64,000 nucleotides of DNA, taken from positions 1 to 64,000 of the forward strand of contig CAXSGP010000011.1 in assembly GCA_964236955.1 (NCBI GenBank), read 5' to 3'. Made by a program: the position numbers and the translations under genes. Origin of the DNA: an uncultured Oligoflexus sp. GTDB taxonomy: Bacteria > Bdellovibrionota_B > Oligoflexia > Oligoflexales > Oligoflexaceae. Each line of letters begins with the position of its first letter. Position 1 is the first letter of the stretch. Below are positions 56,948 through 64,000 of this stretch, one piece after another. The notes beneath the pieces were generated by a model. That model searched no databases. It had not been told where the DNA came from and saw only the letters and a list, made by a program, of their open reading frames with translations.

Positions 56948-58005
56948 CCAAAATTGTCTTGACTGGTGGTGGCACGGCTGGCCACGTCATGCCTCATATA
57001 GCCATGCTTCCCGCCTATAAGACTTTGGGCTGGGAGCTTTTTTATATTGGATCCTATGGCATTGAAAAGGCTTTGATCGAAGGCGAAAATATCCCATATT
57101 TTGCTATTCAAACAGGCAAACTCAGGCGTTATTTTTCCTTGAAGAATTTCACGGATGTTCTACGTATTGGCTATGGTTTCGTTCAGTCGTTTCAAGTTCT
57201 CATGAAGATTCGTCCCGATCTGGTTTTTAGCAAAGGTGGCTTTGTCAGCGTTCCCGTGGCTTTTGCTGCCTGGATTTTGCGGATTCCTGTCGTTTCCCAT
57301 GAGTCCGACCTCACGCCTGGGCTTGCGAATCGCTTGATCGCCCCAATTTGCCGCTTTTTATTCTATGCCTTTCCCGATACGCGAAATTTGATCAGGGTCA
57401 AGGAAAGTGCAGAAGCTGGAATTCCCGTTCGACCCTCTTTGTTTCGAGGCAATAGGGAAAAGGGTTTGGTGCGTTGTGGGTTTTTAGCCGGGGTACCGAT
57501 ACTTTTGGTGATGGGGGGCAGCCTAGGGGCCGAGCGGATCAATCGCTGTCTGCTTGAGATTCTCCCCACTCTCGTCGAGCGATGGCAGGTGGTCCATCTG
57601 ACTGGTAAAGGTAAAAGTATAGCGTTTCAACATCCACGCTATAAACCCTTCGAGTACGTAAACGAAGGCTTGGAAGATATCTTTGCCTGCACGGATATGG
57701 TGCTCAGCCGCGCCGGCGCCAATTCACTATTTGAACTCAAGGCCCTACGAAAACCCATGCTCTTAATCCCTCTTGAAATTGGGAGCCGAGGGGATCAGGT
57801 GCATAATGCCAAGTCGTTTGCAGGTCAGGGCTGGGCGATGGTCTTGGGAGAAAAGGCTTTGACGGGAGCGAGTCTGAAGGAGCATCTCGAACTTTTGATG
57901 CAATCGAAAGAGCAATTGATTGCAGCCATGTCGAATTCAAAAGTTCAAGATGATGGCGGCTTGGGGATACTCAGCACTCTTAAGGGTTTGTTAAAGAAGA
58001 AATGA
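56944..58005 (+). CDS. murG: Lipid I N-acetylglucosaminyltransferase MurG
   Basis: TGGGTAGHV, GKLRRY, KGGFVSVP, HESD, GGSLGA, SRAGAN, GDQVHNA. Confidence 0.94.
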   Translation: MTKIVLTGGGTAGHVMPHIAMLPAYKTLGWELFYIGSYGIEKALIEGENIPYFAIQTGKLRRYFSLKNFTDVLRIGYGFVQSFQVLMKIRPDLVFSKGGFVSVPVAFAAWILRIPVVSHESDLTPGLANRLIAPICRFLFYAFPDTRNLIRVKESAEAGIPVRPSLFRGNREKGLVRCGFLAGVPILLVMGGSLGAERINRCLLEILPTLVERWQVVHLTGKGKSIAFQHPRYKPFEYVNEGLEDIFACTDMVLSRAGANSLFELKALRKPMLLIPLEIGSRGDQVHNAKSFAGQGWAMVLGEKALTGASLKEHLELLMQSKEQLIAAMSNSKVQDDGGLGILSTLKGLLKKK

Positions 58006-58743
58006 TATTTTTGCGATAGCAACCTGGGCCTGTTTGTTCCAGTAACTTTGTTCCAGCCCAATCTGAATAAAGGGAGTAAATGGGCTTATATTGATGCCCC
58101 ATGAATAAACCCTGCGTCGACTGCTCCATTCCGGGAGATCGCGTTCGCTAAGCGTCAGTAATTCGCCCTTAGCCTGGGTTCTGCCCCTTTCCCATTGCTC
58201 ACTCAATGCGAGCGACATCGTGATATAGCGGATGAGACCATAACTTACACCGACTTCGAACGCATCGGTCGTGAATTCTTTGACTTCATGAAAATTCGTA
58301 AGCAGACTGCGACTCATGCGCAGGGCAACCGATGGCAGCTGAAAGCCTTCAAATAAGGTCCACTGGGCGTGCGCTCCGCCTTGTCTGGCGTCGGGGCCTT
58401 CAAGAAGAGAGAGGGAAGCACCAAAATCCAGGGGCCAAGGGGTTCCCGTACTGAGAAATAGGCGAGGTGTAGGTTGTTGGAGTTCCGTTAACTCCTGCTT
58501 GGCCGCATCCTGAGCCGCTGACTCGAATGGGGACGAGCTGACCTTAGAGGCAACAGCGCCCACCCCAACATGCACACCATAGGAGCCCTTGGAATGAAAG
58601 CCTTCGCTTGGGCTGTAGCAATTCAGTTGAGACCAGGCTTCTTGTTTCCGTTCAAAGCTTGAAGTTTTAGCAAGCGCAGGCGATTCTAGGATGTTCATAA
58701 TGAAGAAAGCGAAACCTATCCCAAACAGGGTACCCTTCCGCAT
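57991..58743 (-). CDS. Exported hypothetical protein, probable outer-membrane beta-barrel
   Basis: Signal peptide ALA, amphipathic strands; start ATG 58743 or 58764. Confidence 0.55.
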   Translation of the reverse strand: MRKGTLFGIGFAFFIMNILESPALAKTSSFERKQEAWSQLNCYSPSEGFHSKGSYGVHVGVGAVASKVSSSPFESAAQDAAKQELTELQQPTPRLFLSTGTPWPLDFGASLSLLEGPDARQGGAHAQWTLFEGFQLPSVALRMSRSLLTNFHEVKEFTTDAFEVGVSYGLIRYITMSLALSEQWERGRTQAKGELLTLSERDLPEWSSRRRVYSWGINISPFTPFIQIGLEQSYWNKQAQVAIAKISFLL

Positions 58744-58787
58744 TTTTCTACTGCTCAGTTCCATTAACTTTTTCCGAAGTCAAAATT

Positions 58788-59405
58788 ATGCGAGTTGCGT
58801 TTCTAGATCATTATGACAGCTTCAGTTTTAATCTGATAGACCGCTTGTTCTCTGACGCTGACATCGAACTGGATTACATTCCCTTTGACGACAGGGACGC
58901 TGTGCAAAAGCTCATGCGCAGGCCTATCCCGCTGGTGGTATCGCCGGGACCAAAACGCCCCGAGGTCCTGCCCGATACACTCTCCCTCATGCGGGTCATC
59001 CTCGGCAAGGCCCCTATATTAGGAATCTGTCTGGGGCATCAATGCCTGGGGCATATTTTGGGCGGCAAGATTGGCAAAGCACTCAGCCCTTTTCATGGAT
59101 CGACACAAATTATTAATACTGTTGGGAAAAACGATCTTATTCATAGGTTTTCCACATCCTTTTCAGCCGCCCATTATAACTCTCTGATCGTCGAACGGGC
59201 AAGTTTACCGCGGGAGTGGGTCTGGGCTGTGAGCGAGAGTGGTGAGGTCGAGGGGATAGCCTGGCACGAAGGGCGTTGGCCGGCGGTCGGGGTTCAGTAT
59301 CATCCCGAATCCTTTATGTCGGAACGCCAGGAACCACTTTGGGAATTCTGGCAGGAGCTGGTGACCAGCTATTATAATGATAGCCGGACCGAGATCTATA
59401 AGTAG
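58788..59405 (+). CDS. Aminodeoxychorismate/anthranilate synthase component II (PabA/TrpG)
   Basis: DHYDSFSFNL, SPGP, GICLGHQ, QYHPES. Confidence 0.92.
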   Translation: MRVAFLDHYDSFSFNLIDRLFSDADIELDYIPFDDRDAVQKLMRRPIPLVVSPGPKRPEVLPDTLSLMRVILGKAPILGICLGHQCLGHILGGKIGKALSPFHGSTQIINTVGKNDLIHRFSTSFSAAHYNSLIVERASLPREWVWAVSESGEVEGIAWHEGRWPAVGVQYHPESFMSERQEPLWEFWQELVTSYYNDSRTEIYK

Positions 59406-59478
59406 AGCTAGGAGCGTCAAAAAGCTATATCTCAAAGCTGAAATATAGCTGGTCCATCGACGCGTATAAGATCAGGAG

Positions 59479-60429
59479 CTAAATTTCTGCGATAGCACCT
59501 TTGCCAATGCCCTCGAAGCATTTGACTTTAATCGGTCCACCGATCTCAATTCCTTCATTTGCAATCAGGCGCGCCAATTCAAAAGCAATCGACTCGATAC
59601 TGGTCTCATCTTCCACCAGGAAAACGCGATTAGCTGGGACGGTTGCTTCGTATTCACCGAGCGTGGCTTTATAGGAAATCGTCAGAGGCAGAGTGTTTTC
59701 GGCTCGCATGCCTGATTTGACATCAGCAGGCGGATTGAGCAGCTGCTTTAGCGAGGCGACATGAACGACGGAACCGAGAACTTCATGGGCAAGCCATTGC
59801 TCCAGGTCGTGGCGGCGTTCGTCGGCAACTTGCACCTCGATAAGGCTTCTGTGGCCATGAAACAATCTTTGGCAAAGTCCTTCGTGGCCGGTGATGCCAT
59901 GGCTATAACGAAAAAACGACTGGCCACTGACAACTTCTTCTTTGCGAAGGTGGACTTCGACCGAAGAAATTTCTTCCGGCAATCGGTGCCGAATCAGACG
60001 CGAGCATTCGGCTTCTATAAGTTCTCTTGTCACCTGAACGGCGCGCATGGGATACACGGCGCCCTTAGGGCAAAGGTAGGACCAATCTGAGTTCACCCCG
60101 GTTAAACGGCTCTTGGCCTGAAGGCGCCAGAGTTCTCCCCTTTCCGTTTCCTGATAGTGGACGAGCTTCGATTGGACGGGAATAACCAGAGTATGATCGA
60201 CAGTCGACTTGAGAACCTGCTTAACAAGTTTTTTCAAGAGGCTAAAATCATAAACAAAGCCATTGTCATCAAGAAGGCCCGCAACCGTAATGTCTACATA
60301 CCACGACTGTCCGACAACGCCCACCGAGGGGTCGAAGATAGCGCAATCGATCTTGTCGATATCATTTATAAACAGCCGCCCGTAGCGTTCTTTGCTCTCT
60401 TGAAGAGTAGCCTTGTCTTCCATATGCAC
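59479..60429 (-). CDS. Tandem T-fold 6-pyruvoyl/6-carboxy-tetrahydropterin synthase-like (QueD-like) protein
   Basis: DFSLLKK…DH in the N-half; SHG…CQRLFHGH, TSIE and CFEG in the C-half. Confidence 0.8.
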   Translation of the reverse strand: MHMEDKATLQESKERYGRLFINDIDKIDCAIFDPSVGVVGQSWYVDITVAGLLDDNGFVYDFSLLKKLVKQVLKSTVDHTLVIPVQSKLVHYQETERGELWRLQAKSRLTGVNSDWSYLCPKGAVYPMRAVQVTRELIEAECSRLIRHRLPEEISSVEVHLRKEEVVSGQSFFRYSHGITGHEGLCQRLFHGHRSLIEVQVADERRHDLEQWLAHEVLGSVVHVASLKQLLNPPADVKSGMRAENTLPLTISYKATLGEYEATVPANRVFLVEDETSIESIAFELARLIANEGIEIGGPIKVKCFEGIGKGAIAEI

Positions 60430-60593
60430 CGCCAGATTTTGATAGGAGTAAATCGATTTATAGACCTGGAGAAACGGGGTTGCGGACTTAGGTTCTCCAC
60501 TCTATAACAATTGCTTCAAGCACCCTTGACGCGGGAGCATCATGTATAAAGAATCTCCCGCTGAAATTCAAGAATCACTAAAGGAAAAATCCC

Positions 60594-62030
60594 ATGAACC
60601 GCGAGGTCCGTGTTCGAATCGCCCCCTCTCCCACCGGTGATCCGCATGTTGGGACTGCCTATACTGCCTTGTTTAACTACGCTTTCGCCAAAAAGAACAA
60701 AGGTAAGTTTATTCTTCGCATCGAAGATACTGACTCGGCACGCGCTAAGGCATCCAGTGAGGCTATGATCCTGACAAGTCTAAATTGGCTTGGGCTGTCT
60801 TGGGATGAAGGACCCGACGTTGGCGGGGAATATGGACCCTACCGTCAATCCGAACGGCTATCCATTTATAAAGAATACTCTCAAAAGCTCGTCCAAAACG
60901 GCACAGCTTATCCTTGCTTCTGCACCTCCGAGCGCCTTGATGAGTTGAGAGCGAAACAAAAGGCTGAAGGATTGACCACCCGTTATGATGGTCACTGCCG
61001 CAGTTTGAGCGAGGCCGACGTTAAAATGCGAGTGTCGGCAGGCGAAAAAAATGTCCTTCGTTTAAAAGTCCCGACCTCAGGAACAATTAAATTCGACGAC
61101 CTTCTCAGAGGTGAACTTGAATTCGACGTCGACCGCGTCGATGATCAGGTACTGATGAAAACCGACGGTTATCCCACCTATCATCTGGCGAATGTCGTCG
61201 ATGATTATCTGATGAAGATTTCGCACGTTATCCGTGCTGAAGAATGGATTTCCTCGACGCCCAAGCATGTTCTCCTATATAAAGCGTTCGGATGGGAGGC
61301 GCCGGTATTCTGTCACCTTCCGCTGCTGCGCAATGCAGACAAATCGAAGATCTCAAAACGCAAAAATCCAGTTTCGCTTGCCTACTATAAGCGAGCCGGT
61401 ATCCTGCCTCAAACCCTGGTCAATTACCTGGGCATGATGGGCTGGAGCTTCGGCGATGACAAAGAGGTTTTTTCGCTTGAGGAGATGATAGAAGTATTTG
61501 ACCTGAAAAAGATATCGCTGGGTGGACCGGTCTTTGACCTGGCGAAACTCACCTGGTTGAATCAGCAGTACATACAGAAGCTGTCGCCAGATCATTTTGT
61601 CGACTTTATTCGCGACGAAATCTTTAGCCGCGACTATCTGCTGGGATTGCGACCTTTGCTGCAGGATCGAATGTCACGTTTCGAGCAATTCGTTGATAAC
61701 TTCGGATTTTTTTTCAACGGTCCCCTTAACTATCAGGGTCTTGAAGTTTTGCCAAAGGGCAAGGATGCGGCAGGGATGCGCGCAATGCTGGGCGAACTTG
61801 TCGAGCTTTTTGACGAGCTTTATGATTGGAATCATACGGCGATTCATGACCTTCTAAACGCCCATCGCGAAAAGATCGCTTGGAAACCCAAAGACTATTT
61901 CATGAGCGTGCGGTTGATTACAACCGGACGCAAGGATTCTCCACCATTGGCCGAGTCCCTTGAGCAGATCGGTCGTGAGATGGTGCGTTTTAGATTGAGA
62001 AATTTCCTGGACGTCGGCCTATTGAAGTAG
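60594..62030 (+). CDS. gltX: Glutamate--tRNA ligase
   Basis: RIAPSPTG, HVGT (HIGH), LRIEDTD, PTYHLANVVDD, KISKR (KMSKS). Confidence 0.97.
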   Translation: MNREVRVRIAPSPTGDPHVGTAYTALFNYAFAKKNKGKFILRIEDTDSARAKASSEAMILTSLNWLGLSWDEGPDVGGEYGPYRQSERLSIYKEYSQKLVQNGTAYPCFCTSERLDELRAKQKAEGLTTRYDGHCRSLSEADVKMRVSAGEKNVLRLKVPTSGTIKFDDLLRGELEFDVDRVDDQVLMKTDGYPTYHLANVVDDYLMKISHVIRAEEWISSTPKHVLLYKAFGWEAPVFCHLPLLRNADKSKISKRKNPVSLAYYKRAGILPQTLVNYLGMMGWSFGDDKEVFSLEEMIEVFDLKKISLGGPVFDLAKLTWLNQQYIQKLSPDHFVDFIRDEIFSRDYLLGLRPLLQDRMSRFEQFVDNFGFFFNGPLNYQGLEVLPKGKDAAGMRAMLGELVELFDELYDWNHTAIHDLLNAHREKIAWKPKDYFMSVRLITTGRKDSPPLAESLEQIGREMVRFRLRNFLDVGLLK

Positions 62031-64000
62031 TTCGATAAGTTGATTTCGGGAAAATGCCTTGAAGACCTCTTCGTCGCGGTCCATGAACTTTTCAAAGAGT
62101 TCCTTCTTGGACGTGATGAGGAGGTCTATTTTTTCCTCAAGCGTGCCGCGCGTCACGAGCTTTAAAACCTGCACGTTTTTGTTCTGGCCGATTCGATAGA
62201 CCCGGTCCGTTGCCTGGTTTTCTTTACTGGCATTCCACCAGCGATCATAGTGAATAACTACTGAAGCCGCCGTTAAATCGATACCCACCCCGCCGGCCAG
62301 GAGCGAGGCAATAAAGATTTTGCACTCGGGGTCGGTTTGGAATTTTTCAATCACTTTGCCACGGTTTTTGGTCTGTCCCGTCAGAACCTCGTGATTGACG
62401 TTTTGCTGCTTTAGATAGGCGCTGATGATTTTGATCATGCCTACGTACTGACTGTAAATGACGACTTTATGTCCAGACTCGAGTGCTTCAGCCAGAATTT
62501 CCTTTAAAGTCTCAAATTTCCCACTTTCCGACTTGGTCCAGTCCTCATGATTGATAAGGGCCGGGTGGTTACAGATCTGTTTGAGTAGGGTGAGAATCGC
62601 GAAAATATGCAAAAAGGGCACCGGACTTTCGTCGTTCTTCAGGCTTTCGACCAAAGGTTTGGCCTTGAGATCGAGAACATCCTTGTAGAGCTTCACCTGC
62701 TGCGCAGACAAGGTGCAGCGACGGATATCTTCCACTTTTTCGGGCAGATCATGCAGAACCAAGGCTTTGGTTCGACGCATCTTAAAGGGGTGGATCAGTT
62801 TTTGAAGTGCGAGTTCGACTTCAGGCTCCGCGCCTTTACCGATAGGTGTGATAAAGTTCTTGCGGAAATATTCATCCGACCCCAAAAATCCTGGAACCAA
62901 AAAATCAAAAAGGTTCTTCATCTCGCCAAGATGGTTTTCAATTGGGGTCCCGGTCAGGCAGAGGCGCAGGTCGGCTTGAAGCATACACACGGCCTGATAG
63001 GTGGCGGTATCCTGGTTTTTTACGAAATGGGCTTCATCGAGGATAACGGTATCCCAATGCATCGCTGAAAGCTGTTGGATATCGCGAAGCATGACACCAT
63101 AACTGGTGATCATGAGATCGTGTTCTTCCATCATTTTTTTAATGTTCTGACTGCGCTTGGGCCCATGATGTTTGAGTACAACCAGATTGGGACAAAAATC
63201 TCTGACCTTATCTTCCCAGTGGTCGAGAACAGTCGTGGGAGCAATCGCGATGAATTTGGCACCAGGCTTTTTCTTTTGAACAGCGGAAAGCAGGCCCATG
63301 GCCTGGTGAGTCTTACCGAGACCCATCTCATCGGCAAGGAGGCCGTGCAGTTGGTTTTCATAGAGCCACCACATCCACTGCACACCATGAAATTGATATT
63401 CCCTAAGCTTGAGCTTGGTATGAGCGAGACTGGGCACCTTCGTGTCATTATTAAATTCCAGGCGACTGCGGATTTGATTGAGCAGCTTCTTGCTGCCAAC
63501 AAATTGATCGAAGTCGCCCACCGCCGCTTTCAGACGCAGAAGGCCCATGGCATTTACTTTAAGGTACTGTCCGGTTTCATCGGTTTGCCAATTGTGCTCT
63601 TTGACGAAATCGGGGATTTTAACCCATTTTTCACCTTGCTTGATGTAGTTTCGTTTGCGTTTTTTGAACTGACTGACGAGGTCCAGCATGGAGATCGACG
63701 ACTCGGCACTTTCGTAGCGGGGGTCGAGATAGAACCAGCCATCTTCCGATTTATGGATATGGATTTCGCTAAGTTTCGGCGCGTTTTCAATAACAGCGGT
63801 TTTCAGCGTGGCATCGAGGAAGATGGGGCCGTGGCTTAAATATTCGGCAAATCCATCCTGAATCAATTGGGCCGAGGCGTCTTCATTGAAAACCTTGCGT
63901 ACAGCCAGGTCATTCCAACTTTCTGAGACATCATGGGAGGCAATGGGCCAATAGCCGCGTTCGGGGAGAAAAAAGAATTCCCGGCCTATATACTTTTGAG
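62019..64000 (-). CDS. SNF2-family helicase/ATPase (5' end beyond the right edge)
   Basis: LADEMGLGKT, LDEAH, LTGTPIEN, GGVGIDLT, QATDRVYRIGQ; I checked that the frame stays open from 63866 to the edge. Confidence 0.95.
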   Translation of the reverse strand, partial: QKYIGREFFFLPERGYWPIASHDVSESWNDLAVRKVFNEDASAQLIQDGFAEYLSHGPIFLDATLKTAVIENAPKLSEIHIHKSEDGWFYLDPRYESAESSISMLDLVSQFKKRKRNYIKQGEKWVKIPDFVKEHNWQTDETGQYLKVNAMGLLRLKAAVGDFDQFVGSKKLLNQIRSRLEFNNDTKVPSLAHTKLKLREYQFHGVQWMWWLYENQLHGLLADEMGLGKTHQAMGLLSAVQKKKPGAKFIAIAPTTVLDHWEDKVRDFCPNLVVLKHHGPKRSQNIKKMMEEHDLMITSYGVMLRDIQQLSAMHWDTVILDEAHFVKNQDTATYQAVCMLQADLRLCLTGTPIENHLGEMKNLFDFLVPGFLGSDEYFRKNFITPIGKGAEPEVELALQKLIHPFKMRRTKALVLHDLPEKVEDIRRCTLSAQQVKLYKDVLDLKAKPLVESLKNDESPVPFLHIFAILTLLKQICNHPALINHEDWTKSESGKFETLKEILAEALESGHKVVIYSQYVGMIKIISAYLKQQNVNHEVLTGQTKNRGKVIEKFQTDPECKIFIASLLAGGVGIDLTAASVVIHYDRWWNASKENQATDRVYRIGQNKNVQVLKLVTRGTLEEKIDLLITSKKELFEKFMDRDEEVFKAFSRNQLIELLQ

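Noticed and set aside
1..64000. CRISPR arrays, tRNA/rRNA, IS elements, prophage or defence islands
   Set aside because: No repeat-spacer periodicity, tRNA T-loop signature, transposase, integrase or phage motif seen by eye; the SNF2 gene has no defence-type neighbours inside the window.

Overview
This is a gene-dense, ~50% GC bacterial core-chromosome segment. Gene content (MXAN_5808-type C-terminal protease, CarD, flgFGAHIJMNKL-csrA-fliW, rho-rpmE-prfA-prmC, NamZ) is most consistent with a Bdellovibrionota/Oligoflexia-like or former delta-proteobacterial organism; this placement is inference. It runs from a truncated ftsY at the left edge through a peptide ABC transporter, speE, orn, a DsbA-like oxidoreductase, PilZ, namZ, dut, pnp, rpsO, carD, a flagellin and a flagellar operon, rimO, rho, uppS-cdsA-rseP-tsaB-pssA, truA, murG, pabA/trpG, a QueD-like tandem T-fold protein and gltX, to a truncated SNF2 helicase at the right edge. 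I saw no tRNA, rRNA, CRISPR array, integrase or transposase. The most interesting unexplained signals are: (i) a self-contained ~190-nt structured RNA between speE and orn carrying two strong Shine-Dalgarno motifs and a 15-codon Cys-rich ORF; (ii) a chromosomal protein whose N-terminal half patterns like a plasmid Rep3/TrfA winged-helix initiator; (iii) a long structured leader ahead of a disordered ribbon-helix-helix protein co-oriented with speE; (iv) a structured 253-nt gap inside the flagellar operon; (v) a FlgH-like protein with a coiled-coil tail; and (vi) three normally MEP-pathway gene slots that are empty. All calls come from reading the sequence by eye; no searches were run.
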